Origin: an uncultured Acidobacteriota bacterium
GTDB lineage: Bacteria; Acidobacteriota; UBA6911
Reading direction: 5' to 3'
DNA: 64,000 bases
Assembly: GCA_963843575.1 (NCBI GenBank)
Contig: CAWJKZ010000014.1
Coordinates: 576,001-640,000, forward strand
The position numbers were made by a program, and so were the translations under genes. Below are positions 1 to 9,339 of this stretch, one piece after another. Position 1 is the first letter of the stretch. Each line of letters begins with the position of its first letter. The notes beneath the pieces were generated by a model. That model searched no databases, was not told where the DNA came from, and saw only the letters and a program-made list of their open reading frames with translations.

Positions 1-423
1 TTTCCTCCGCGCGAACTCCTCGAAGGCATCCAGGGCCCGGTCGCGGGCGACTGCGTCCCGGATGACGTCCTGCACTTCGACCTCGTCCGCCGCGAGCGCG
101 TCCAGGATGCGCTTCTGGATCTCCGCCCGTTCGAGCTTCTGCAACGCGTCGTCCCTGAGCACCTCGGACAGTTTCTCAACAGTCCAACCCCGTGCGGCCG
201 CAGCTATCCCGGCGGCCTGAAAGACCTCATGGAAAGGGACGCTCAGTTCGGCCGGCAGGTCCGCGAGCGTGCGCACCTCCTCGGACCTGATCTCGGTCAT
301 CAGTTCAGTGAGGGTGATGGTGCGGGTCCGAAGTTTCACCGGGGATTGGACGGTCGCGGGCAGGGCCTTCTCCAGTATCCCGAGACGGTCCCCCAGAGCC
401 TGCATGATCTCGACCAGTCGCAT
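1..423 (-). CDS. Hypothetical alpha-helical protein, runs off the window edge (missed by ORF track)
   Basis: Manual translation from ATG at 423, 2 nt after the AAA stop: MRLVEIMQALGDRLGILEKA...GWTVEKLSEVL...VIRDAVARDRALDAFEEFARRK. No stop to position 1 and GC3-rich codons. Confidence 0.85.
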   Translation of the reverse strand, partial: MRLVEIMQALGDRLGILEKALPATVQSPVKLRTRTITLTELMTEIRSEEVRTLADLPAELSVPFHEVFQAAGIAAAARGWTVEKLSEVLRDDALQKLERAEIQKRILDALAADEVEVQDVIRDAVARDRALDAFEEFARRK

Positions 424-425
424 GG

Positions 426-2159
426 CTAGGTGAATCTCCTCAGCTCTTCGATTCGAGCTTCGAGTTGTTCGGGCGGCAGGTCGCGGAAGCGCGGGGGCAG
501 GAAGCGGCTGTCGGTGCATTCTCGTACCGCGACCAGATCCATGTACTCCAGCTTGCGCGTGTGCGCGCTCGGGCGCACCTCTCTGAAGACCTCGGCCAGC
601 GTCTCCTTCAGCGGCCGCCGCGGCGCCGGCGTCAGCTCGTGCACGCGCAGTGCCCGGACGAGCACCCCTTCGATCTCGTTCCCCCCCAGGGCGGCGTGGC
701 CAGCGAGCTCCGGCAGGTCCTGTTCCGCCAAGGGGAACTTGAGCTTGCGCGCCACCGACAGCAGCAGCGCCCGCAACTCCTCGGGGCTCTCGGGCGGGAA
801 GAGCGGGATGTGAACGTCGAGGCGGCCCTGCCGTTTCAGATCGACCTCGAGCAGGTCGGGCCGGGACGTGGCAAAGACCCAGAGTATCCGGCCCCGGTTG
901 CGCGTGTCCGACATCTCCTTGGCCAGCATCGAGTAGACGCGGCCCGAAAGGCCGCTGTCGGAGTCGCCCCCACCGCGCTTCCCGGCGGCCTGATCGGCCT
1001 CGTCCACGAAGACGACCACCTGCCCGAGCGCCCTCAGCACGGAAAAGATCTTCTCGAGGTTGGACTCGGTCGCCCCGACCCAGCGGTCCCGGAAGTTCTT
1101 GAACACGACGCAGGGTATCCCCAGCTCCCCGGCCCAGCACTGCACCAGGAAGGTCTTCCCGGTGCCGATACGGCCCGTGATGAGGTAGCCCATCGGCAAC
1201 GCGTGCAGGGTCCCGCGCCGCAGCAATTCCGCGTCGTCGCGCAGCCACGATTTCACCGCGTCGGAGCCGGCGACGTTGTCCAGGGTGAAGGGCGATTCCA
1301 GGAACTCGAGCAGGTCCTGGCACTCTTTCTCGATCTGCTCCTTTTTCATCCGGGACAGCCATGCGGACGAGACGGTGCGGCCGGTTTTCAGCGCCATGGC
1401 GAGAACGGTGCGCGCCCCGACCCGGCTGAGCCCTGTCAGCCGCCGCCCGAGGACGTCCATCGGGACCTCGCACCGGGACGGGAGTTCGGGCAGGGTGGTC
1501 GCAACCAATCCCTCGAGGTACCGGCACATCTCCGGCTCGTCCGGCAGCGGCATCCGCAGGGTGCGCGCGTGCGGGTTCCGCACGATCAGATCGTTCAGGT
1601 CGTGCAGCCCCTCGGTGAGCAGCACCGTGACGATGTTGGACTGCAGGATGGCGGGGTCGTTGGCCCAACCCAGCACCTTCACGACGTTGGAGCTGAAGGG
1701 CCCGCCGAGCTGGATCGGATCGCCTCGCGGCACCACGAACTCGGCGAAATCGATGATCACGGCGATCCGGCGCGAGCCGCCGGCGTCGCGCCCGCGCAGC
1801 GACTGGAGGTTCAGGGTGCGCAGCAGGTACCGGTCGATCAGCTCCATCGCGGGGCCCGGCTCACGCGTCTGACCGATGGTGAAGGCCTGTTCTCCCAGAG
1901 CCTGCTTGAGCCAGTCCGCCCAGTCCTCGGCGCCACGGGTCGCCCGGATGCCCTTCCCGCGGTCGTAATGCAGCACCGTGTCGTACGTCTCGAACATGAC
2001 CTCTTCGAGAAAGGCCTTCAGCGACAGCAGCCGCGGCCCCGACGGGCCGACGGCGGGAACGACGTCGAATATGTTTCCGTGCACGACGAATTGGGCCACC
2101 GAACCCGACTTGAACAGGTCGCGCATTTCGGCCGCCCAGGACGGCAGTTCAGGACTCAT
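426..2159 (-). CDS. AAA+ ATPase with a degenerate N-terminal AAA-like domain and an active C-terminal AAA domain
   Basis: Walker A GRIGTGKT, pore loop RWVG, Walker B VVFVDEAD, second region of homology ATSRPDLLEVDLKRQGRLD. The N-terminal half has IIDFAEF but no Walker A. Confidence 0.9.
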   Translation of the reverse strand: MSPELPSWAAEMRDLFKSGSVAQFVVHGNIFDVVPAVGPSGPRLLSLKAFLEEVMFETYDTVLHYDRGKGIRATRGAEDWADWLKQALGEQAFTIGQTREPGPAMELIDRYLLRTLNLQSLRGRDAGGSRRIAVIIDFAEFVVPRGDPIQLGGPFSSNVVKVLGWANDPAILQSNIVTVLLTEGLHDLNDLIVRNPHARTLRMPLPDEPEMCRYLEGLVATTLPELPSRCEVPMDVLGRRLTGLSRVGARTVLAMALKTGRTVSSAWLSRMKKEQIEKECQDLLEFLESPFTLDNVAGSDAVKSWLRDDAELLRRGTLHALPMGYLITGRIGTGKTFLVQCWAGELGIPCVVFKNFRDRWVGATESNLEKIFSVLRALGQVVVFVDEADQAAGKRGGGDSDSGLSGRVYSMLAKEMSDTRNRGRILWVFATSRPDLLEVDLKRQGRLDVHIPLFPPESPEELRALLLSVARKLKFPLAEQDLPELAGHAALGGNEIEGVLVRALRVHELTPAPRRPLKETLAEVFREVRPSAHTRKLEYMDLVAVRECTDSRFLPPRFRDLPPEQLEARIEELRRFT

Positions 2160-2192
2160 GCAATCTCCGCGGGCACACCCTCCGCTGCGGGG

Positions 2193-3053
2193 CTACTGCG
2201 ATTCAGAAGCCGGAACGTTGACGGAGAGCGGGGGAGGCTCCGCCAGCAGGTCCTCCACGGCGCCGTAGATCTGTTGCTGCTCCTTCATCCACTCGGTGGT
2301 TCCCCCGAGTGTCGTCGTGATCTGATCTATGCGCTGCGACAGGGCTTCCGGGTCGGCGGCCAAGACCGCCTGCTCGCGCACGAGCTCGACCTGATCCTGT
2401 ATCCGCGTCAACTCCGCGTCGAGGAAGGCCAGCTTGTCGCGCGCCTCCTGCCTCTTCTGGAGGCGTTGCTGCAGGATCTCCGCCTGACCGGTGAGGCTGC
2501 GCCGCAACTCCTCTCCCATCGCTTCGTCTTTCAGGCGGCTCTCCAGGCCCGAGATGCGCTGCCGCAGGCGCTCCGTATCCTCCTGCGTGTTGTCGGCGCT
2601 CCGTACGATGCGCTCGATGGCCTGCCGGGCGAGGAGCAGCCGCAGGTAGACCCAGAGCAGCCGGCCCAGACCCTGCCCCTGGGCGTCGATGCCCGATGCC
2701 GGGGCGTTGAGCCGGTACTGTTGTTCGAGGATGGCCCGGCAACGCACGTCGAGTTCCCGGTACCGTCGCTGGCCGTCGGGCCCGAGCTGGGCGACCAGCT
2801 GATCGACGCGTTGCTGCCACGTGCGCCTCTCTTTCCACTGCAGCGTGGCGTCGACAAAACGTTGGAAGCGGTTGTTGGTCGAAAGGGCGCCGAGGTAGGC
2901 TAACTCCAGGCCCAGGCCCATCACCCAGAACCCGGGGCTGACCAGGCCCAGCAGGACGAACGCGCCGATGCCGACCCAGTTCGGCGGTACGAACATACCG
3001 ATGGGCCGGGCGTGGAAAGCCTCGCGAATATAGTCCGAGAATCCCGGTTTCAT
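2193..3053 (-). CDS. Membrane-anchored (2 TM) coiled-coil hypothetical protein
   Basis: N-terminal hydrophobic hairpin (WVGIGAFVLLGLVSPGFWVMGLGLELAYL) followed by long Q/E/R/L-rich helices. ATGA overlap with the ABC ATPase stop. Confidence 0.85.
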   Translation of the reverse strand: MKPGFSDYIREAFHARPIGMFVPPNWVGIGAFVLLGLVSPGFWVMGLGLELAYLGALSTNNRFQRFVDATLQWKERRTWQQRVDQLVAQLGPDGQRRYRELDVRCRAILEQQYRLNAPASGIDAQGQGLGRLLWVYLRLLLARQAIERIVRSADNTQEDTERLRQRISGLESRLKDEAMGEELRRSLTGQAEILQQRLQKRQEARDKLAFLDAELTRIQDQVELVREQAVLAADPEALSQRIDQITTTLGGTTEWMKEQQQIYGAVEDLLAEPPPLSVNVPASESQ

Positions 3054-3913
3054 ACGCCAACCCGAGGGGGCCCCGCGCCGGCGCCCGCCGGGAGCCCCAC
3101 CGCTTCCGAAACGCGGCGGAAGGCTTCCGTGACGACCGACACGGCGTTTTTGAATTCCGGCCGCTCTTGCGCCACGAGCGGAGGGATCTCCACGCTGCGC
3201 GGAATGGATTCGGAAATATCATAAGCGATCTGCCCCGGGGCGTGGGTAAATATCCACACCCGCTCCCCCAGGTAAACCGCTTCGGTCACGCTGTGGGTCA
3301 CGCACAGGATTGTCGGGTGGACGCGGTGCCAGAGCCGCACGACCAGTTCCTGCATCTCGAGGCGAGTGGGTTCGTCCAGCGCGGAAAACGGCTCGTCCAT
3401 GAGGAGGATCCGCGGCTCCATGGCGAGCGAGCGGGCGATCGCAACCCGCTGCTGCTGGCCTCCGGACAGCTGGTGGGGGTATTTTGCGGCGTGATCGGCC
3501 AGACCGACCCGCTCCAGCAGTTCCTCGACGCGGGCCCTGCGTCCGGCGCCGTCCAGCGGCAACCCCTTCCTGTTGATGTCCAGACCGAACATGACGTTCT
3601 GAAAAACGGTCAGGTGGGGGAAAGAACTGTACTGCTGAAAGATCATGCCCCGGTCGCGGCCCGGCCCCTGTACGGGCTTCCCTTTGACGAGCACCTCCCC
3701 GCCGGTCGGCAGCAGGAACCCGGCGATGAGGTTCAGCATCGTGCTCTTGCCGCAACCCGACGGTCCGATGATGGTGATGAACTCGCCGTGGTCGGGAACG
3801 TCCGGGACGGCCACCGAGATGTCGTTCAGGGCGAGAAATTGGCCGAACCGGACGCTGGCGTCGCGCAGCTCGACGACGGGCGGGACCCGGCGCGCATCGG
3901 TTGTGAGCGTCAT
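3050..3913 (-). CDS. ABC transporter ATP-binding protein, NitT/TauT (TauB/SsuB-like) family
   Basis: GPSGCGKS, LSGGQQQR, LLMDEPFSALD, VTH. Start set at ATG 3913 (MTLTTDARR), overlapping the permease stop (ATGA). Confidence 0.92.
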   Translation of the reverse strand: MTLTTDARRVPPVVELRDASVRFGQFLALNDISVAVPDVPDHGEFITIIGPSGCGKSTMLNLIAGFLLPTGGEVLVKGKPVQGPGRDRGMIFQQYSSFPHLTVFQNVMFGLDINRKGLPLDGAGRRARVEELLERVGLADHAAKYPHQLSGGQQQRVAIARSLAMEPRILLMDEPFSALDEPTRLEMQELVVRLWHRVHPTILCVTHSVTEAVYLGERVWIFTHAPGQIAYDISESIPRSVEIPPLVAQERPEFKNAVSVVTEAFRRVSEAVGLPAGAGAGPPRVGV

Positions 3914-4734
3914 CTTCGATCCCTTCGGTACGGAAACAGCACGCCCCCCAGCCGGGCCCATCCGAGGTCGGCAACCCACGCGATCAGGGTGATGATGACG
4001 ATCACCAGGTACACCCGTCCGGACATCGCACGCCGCCGCGCGGTGTCGATCAGGTCGCCGAGCCCCCCCGCCTTGACGACCACCTCGGCCAGGACGAGAT
4101 AGGTCCACCCGACCCCGAACGCCAGCCGCATCGAGTGCCAGATCTCCGGTGCGGCGACAGGCACGAGGACCCGGCGGATCACCTGCCAGCGCCCTGCCCC
4201 GAGGGTGTATGCGGTCCTCAGATAGACGTCCGGGACCGCGTCGATGGCGTTGACTACAGCCGGCAGCAGGAAAATGGAGAAGGCGAGGGCCAGAAACACC
4301 ACTTTCTGAATCTCGTCCACGCCGAACCACGACATGGTCAACGGGACCAGCGTGGCGATCGGTATGTACCCGCTGGCCGTCACCAGCGGACCGAAGGTGC
4401 TCCGCGCGCTTCCGAAGGCCCCCATGACGATCCCCAGCGGGAGCACCACGGCCAGCGCCAGGATGAACCCGAGCCCGACCCGGGTCAGGCTGATGATCGT
4501 GTGGTCCAGCAGCCCACGGTTGTCCTGATCGCTGCTGCCTACCAGGTCCTTCAGGCTGTCGACCACTTCGGCGGGGCTCGGGAGGATCGTGGGGCCGAGC
4601 ACGCGCTCTTCGGCCGCCCCCCGGGTGGCATACCACCACAGGATCACGAGGACGAGGATGGGCACCAGACCGAGCACCAGCGCCGCACCGCGGGGAACGC
4701 GGCCGCGTATTGCCACGAACCATCTCGGAAGCAT
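3910..4734 (-). CDS. ABC transporter permease, NitT/TauT (TauC/SsuC-like) family
   Basis: About 6 TM segments, LPSPAEV motif, EAA-like loop YLRTAYTLGAGRWQVIRRVLVP, GWTYLVLAE. Start ATG 4734. Confidence 0.9.
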   Translation of the reverse strand: MLPRWFVAIRGRVPRGAALVLGLVPILVLVILWWYATRGAAEERVLGPTILPSPAEVVDSLKDLVGSSDQDNRGLLDHTIISLTRVGLGFILALAVVLPLGIVMGAFGSARSTFGPLVTASGYIPIATLVPLTMSWFGVDEIQKVVFLALAFSIFLLPAVVNAIDAVPDVYLRTAYTLGAGRWQVIRRVLVPVAAPEIWHSMRLAFGVGWTYLVLAEVVVKAGGLGDLIDTARRRAMSGRVYLVIVIITLIAWVADLGWARLGGVLFPYRRDRR

Positions 4735-4741
4735 GGGAGAG

Positions 4742-4770
4742 ACATTAAGCAAGTACAACTCCGGTGTCAA
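4742..4770 (-). promoter_or_regulatory. Sigma70-type promoter, probably driving a leaderless mRNA
   Basis: Minus strand reads TTGACA-17 nt-TAATGT, then 7 nt to the permease ATG, with no Shine-Dalgarno sequence. Confidence 0.6.
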
Positions 4771-4850
4771 CTGCCGCGCCGCAACTCACTCCCGGCCGTG
4801 ACCTATACGCGGAATTCCAGCGGTTTATTCAGTTGTGAACGGCAATATCC

Positions 4851-5041
4851 TCAAGTGGGTCCGGGCTGAAGAGGCTGTCCAACGATTGAACTGGCCGCGC
4901 CGCGGCGCCCGCGAAACCAGAGTCGGGTCCGGTGCTTCACGACTCGGCACGTCTTTAGGCGATCTGCATCCTGATTGGACGACAGGTCGATCTCGAATAG
5001 CGACCGCAAACTGCGTCCGGGTGAAGCCCGGGCCCACTTGA
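4851..5041. ncRNA. Candidate structured RNA (or MITE-like element) of unknown family
   Basis: 17-bp terminal inverted repeat TCAAGTGGGTCCGGGCT / AGCCCGGGCCCACTTGA (one G-U/mismatch) enclosing further stems GTCCAA/TTGGAC, CTGG/CCAG, GAGTCG/CGACTC and GGTCG/CGACC. Confidence 0.45.
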
Positions 5042-5066
5042 TTCAACTCTGTGTGTCGGTTGTGGA

Positions 5067-6008
5067 CTAGCTGTTGACGGCCACCTGACCCCCGCAGGGG
5101 ACGGAACCCAGGACCACCTGGTTGCGCCCCATGGATTTGGCGCGGTACAGGGCCGCGTCGGCCACGCGGATCAGGCCGTTCACGTCGGTGGCGTCATCAA
5201 ACGACCCGCAGGCCACTCCGGCGCTTATGGTCACCCGGACGTCGCCCTCGGGTAGCACCACCGGTTCGCACATGACTGAAGCCCGTACGCGTTCCGCGTT
5301 GCCGACGCCGTCGGCGGCATCACATCCGGGCATCAGGATGAGGAACTCCTCCCCACCGTAGCGCCCGATGAGGTCGTAACGGCGTACCGCACGGCGGAGA
5401 CGCTGCGCAATGTCGACGAGCACGACGTCGCCCGTAAGGTGGCCGTAGGTGTCGTTGATGACCTTGAAGTGGTCGACATCGGCGAGGATGATCCCGAGGC
5501 AAGAGCGGTCGCGGCCGGAGCGGTCGAGTTCCCGACGGAGCTGTTCCAGTACCTCGGCCCGGCTGTAGAGCCCGGTGAGGCTGTCGTGGGAGACCATGTA
5601 GCGGAGGGATTCGCGCGTGGCCAGCAACTGTCCCTGCAGCTCGATGATGCGGCGGCCGGCATTCAGCCGCATCCGCAGTTCCTGAGGGTCGAACGGTTTC
5701 GAGACGTAATCGTCCGCTCCCGCTCCCATGCCGTGGATGACGTCGGCCTTCTGGGTCTTCGAGGTCAACAGCATGAGGTAGCGGTAGGGTTCGCCCAACT
5801 GCTCCCGGACTTTGCGGCAGACGTCGATGCCGTCCATGCCCGGCATGATCCAGTCGAGGATGGCCAGTTCCGGGCCGTTGTCGGCCGATAGTAATGCCCA
5901 GGCCTCTACTCCGTCGCAGGCGGTTACGACCTCGTAACCCCAGCGTACGAGCGTCTCCTTGAGGATGTGCCGGGAGATCTCGTCGTCTTCCGCAAGCAGC
6001 ACTTTCAA
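5067..6008 (-). CDS. Response-regulator diguanylate cyclase (REC-GGDEF)
   Basis: REC domain (VLLAEDD, ILDWIMPGMDG, KPF), RYGGEEF active site, RxxD I-site (RRYD). TTG start overlaps the kinase stop. Confidence 0.92.
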   Translation of the reverse strand: MKVLLAEDDEISRHILKETLVRWGYEVVTACDGVEAWALLSADNGPELAILDWIMPGMDGIDVCRKVREQLGEPYRYLMLLTSKTQKADVIHGMGAGADDYVSKPFDPQELRMRLNAGRRIIELQGQLLATRESLRYMVSHDSLTGLYSRAEVLEQLRRELDRSGRDRSCLGIILADVDHFKVINDTYGHLTGDVVLVDIAQRLRRAVRRYDLIGRYGGEEFLILMPGCDAADGVGNAERVRASVMCEPVVLPEGDVRVTISAGVACGSFDDATDVNGLIRVADAALYRAKSMGRNQVVLGSVPCGGQVAVNS

Positions 6009-9000
6009 GCCAGCATCCCCTGCCCCAATTCCTCCGCAACGGGCACAAAACGTTCGATCTCGGACTTCAACTCGGTAAAGGCCCGACGCGCTTCGTCCGG
6101 GAGTCGCTCCCGGCCCGCCGCCTCCAGGCGGGCCGCGGCCTCGACCGCAGGTTGGGCACCAAAGTTCGCAATGCTGCCCTTGACGGAATGGGCGGTGCGT
6201 TCGAGCAGGACGAAATCCTCGTGCTCGATGGCTTCCCGAAGTTGTTGAAGGAGGCCGCCGGCCTTTTCCCGGAACAACCGGAGCGCCTTCAGGAGAAACT
6301 CGCCGTCGTTGCCGAACCGGGCCACGACCTCGTCGAGGTTGACGATATCGCGCGAGAGTGTCGCCTCGACCTTCCGGGCTTCGGTAGAGGATCTGAGTCC
6401 GCCCTGCGCGATCGATTCGATCGTCTGAAGCAGTTCTGCCGGGTGGATCGGCTTGGACAGGTACCGGTCCATGCCGGCGGCCAGGCAACGTTCCCGGTCG
6501 CCCTTCATGGTGTGGGCGGTCATCGCGACGACCGGAACTTGCGCTAGGACCGGGTCATCCAGCTTCCGGATGGCCGCAGTCGCCTCGAAGCCGTCCATGA
6601 CGGGCATCTGCACGTCCATCAGGACAAGGTCGAAACGGCCTCGTTTCAGGGCCTCGACCGCGAGCAGGCCGTTGTCGACAACGACCGTTTGATGGCCGCG
6701 CTTTTCCAGGACCCGATACACAATCTGCTGGTTGATCGCGTTGTCCTCAGCGACGAGGATGCGGAGGCAATCCGGCGCGGTCGAGGAAGGGCCGTCCGCC
6801 GACGGCCCGGACAGAGAACCGGTCTTCCCCGCCAGCTCGCAGATGCGAATTCAGCAGATCCGACTGGACAACGGGTTTCCTCAGGAATGCGTCGACACCG
6901 TACTCACTGTATTCGCGCAGACCGCCGAGGTTGGCCGACGTCAGCAGCAGGATGCGCAGTCGCGCCAGCCGAGGGTTCTGCCGGATGCGGCGCGCGACCT
7001 CCAAACCGTCCATTCCCGGCATCATGGTATCGAGCGAGCACGATCCGGAAAGGATCGGGCGAGTCCAGGGCGGCCTCCAGCAGCTTCAGCCCGGAAGGAC
7101 CGTCCACCGCCAGTTTCGGGCGCATCCCCCAGTTCAGGAGCATCGCCTGCAGTATTCTGCGGTTGACCTGGTTGTCGTCGACGACGAGTACGGGCAGATC
7201 GTGCAGCTCCTGAGGGTCAGCCCCCTTATCGAAACGCCTCCGCGGCAACCTGGAACAGTACGGTGAAGTGGAACTCGCTCCCGCGTCCCGGCTCGCTGTC
7301 GACCCAGATCTCGCCCCCCATCATCGCGACCAGCTTCGACGAGATCGTCAGCCCGAGGCCGGTTCCGCCGTACTTCCGGGTCATGGAACCATCGGCCTGC
7401 GAAAACGCCTTGAAAATCACTTCCTGTTTCTCGGGCGGGATTCCGATGCCGGTGTCGGTGATGGCGAAATGCAGCGCGACGCAATCCTCGGAATGCGCCT
7501 CGGAATCGATGTGGACGATGACGTCTCCGCGCTCGGTGAACTTGATCGCGTTCCCCACGAGGTTCAGCACAACCTGACGCAGCCGGTCCGGGTCGCCGAT
7601 CAGGGCATCGGGGACCGTGGGGAGCACGTTGCACGACAGCTCGAGCCCTTTCTGATGGGCCCGCATCGCGAGCATCTTGAGGGCAGTCCCCAGCGTGTCG
7701 CGCAGCCGGAATTCGACCGGGTCGAGTTCGAGCTTTCCGGCTTCGATCTTGGAAAAATCGAGGATGTCGTTCAACAGCCCGAGCAGCGAGTCGGCTGACA
7801 CCTTCACGGTCTGCATGTACTCGCGCTGTTCCCGGCTCAGCGACGTATCGAGCAGGAGTTCGGTCATCCCGATGATTCCGTTCATCGGGGTGCGGATCTC
7901 GTGGCTCATGTTCGCCAGGAACTCGCTCTTGGCGCGGCTCGCGGACTCGGCCGCCTCTTTGGCCCTTCTCAGTTCCTCGGCTACCTTCTTTCGCTCCGTG
8001 ATGTCCTCGACAAACCCCTCGAAGTAGAGCGGTTCGCCGTCTTCATCGGTGACGGTGCGGGCCTTCTCCGAGGTCCAGATGATGGTGCCGTCCCTGCGGT
8101 AGACGCGCGACTCGAAGCCGGTGATGGAACCGTTTTCCCTGGTCAGGCGGACGAATTTCTCCCGGCGACCTTCTTCGACGTATATTCGGCGGCTTGCACC
8201 CCGGCTGGCGATGAGCTCTTCAGGCGAATTGTATCCATAGATCCGGGCAAGCGCCGGGTTGCAGGTGAGGAAACGCCCGTCGAGGGTGGTCTGGAAGACT
8301 CCCTCCTGTGCGTTCTCGAAAATGGCGCGGTACTTGGCCTCGGCCTCCCGCAGGGCCCGTTCCGTGTCCTTGCGGCCCGTCGCATCTCGAGCGATCCCAT
8401 GGACCCCGGTCGTCACGCCGTTCACCACGATCGGGCGCGCGCTCACTTCAACTGCGACACGCCGCCCATCCTTGGCGCATATCACCAGGTCGCAGGTCGT
8501 GCCGCACTCCGGGCCTGCCATTGACCCCATCAGGCCGCGCGCCCTGTCGAGATCTTCGGCTGTCACGATCTGGGCGAAGTTCATACCCAGGGCTTCCTGC
8601 TTGGAGTACCCCGTGACCCGTTCGATGGCGGAGTTGACGGAGGTGAGGTTGCCCTCCGGGTCGAGCGTGTAGATGATGTCGGTGGTGTTGTCGAACAGCG
8701 AGGCGATCCAGGCTTCGTCCTGGCAGCGTGCGGCTTTGGCGGCGACGGCAGCGTTTGCATCGCGGAAAAAACCGACCAGCCCAGTAATTTGTCCCAAGGA
8801 ATCCCGGAGTGGAGCTTTCGTGTAAGAGACCCAGGCGAGACTGGCACCGGGATGAAGCGTCGGGGCGATCCTTTCGGTCAGGGGCACACCGGTTTCCAGG
8901 ATGCGCTGTTCCTCGGCAAAGAAAGCCTCGGCCTGATCGATGCCCAGATAATCAAAGTCCGTCCTGCCAACCACTTCGGCGGGATCCATGACGCCAAGCG

Positions 9001-9145
9001 CCTCGGCGTACGGGCGGTTTACCTTGATGTACCGGGATTCGGTGTCCTTGAAACAGACGCCGTGGGAAACACAATCCATGAGCCCCTGCAGCAACTCGCC
9101 GGCATCTGGACGGCTGTTTCCGCGGACATCATTGTTTTCGGGCAT
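6005..9145 (-). CDS. Hybrid sensor histidine kinase (3x PAS-HisKA-HATPase-REC-REC-Hpt) with three apparent +1 frameshifts
   Basis: FLANMSHEIRTPMNG, NLVGNAIKFT, GGTGLGL, two REC domains, Hpt AHSVKG. The frame is restored by deleting one base at about 7233, 7036 and 6845. Confidence 0.88.
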
Positions 9146-9339
9146 ATAGGAGAAGCGCCTCCCGCCTGGAGCCGCATGTGAGCCGGGTCTGCTGTCGGCG
9201 GCAGTTCGGCGCAAAAATACAGCGCTGCCTCTATTCAGTTCCAGACTGTCTTTTCGGCTTCCGCCGGAATTTGTCTTAGGCCAAATCGGGGCAAACGCCC
9301 GGTTGAGTCTCGACCGGGCGCATTTGATTGTGCTTTCTC

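Noticed and set aside
426-2159. Anti-phage defence ATPase
   Set aside because: No nuclease, protease or other effector gene lies next to it within the window. It cannot be excluded beyond the left edge.
465-2903. 812-aa plus-strand ORF and the many other long antisense or alternate-frame ORFs
   Set aside because: Shadow ORFs typical of high-GC DNA. They overlap motif-bearing genes and have no recognisable domains.
3914-4723. N-terminal extension of the ABC ATPase in the ORF track (557 aa)
   Set aside because: Out-of-frame overlap with the permease. The real start is ATG 3913.
4857-4920. Hammerhead ribozyme (CTGAAGA ... GAAA present)
   Set aside because: Stems I, II and III cannot be formed with the required adjacency.
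4851-5041. 6S RNA, retron msr-msd, lysine or c-di-GMP riboswitch as identity of the structured element
   Set aside because: It is branched rather than rod-like, no reverse transcriptase lies nearby, and riboswitch core motifs were not found by eye. An Rfam scan is still needed.
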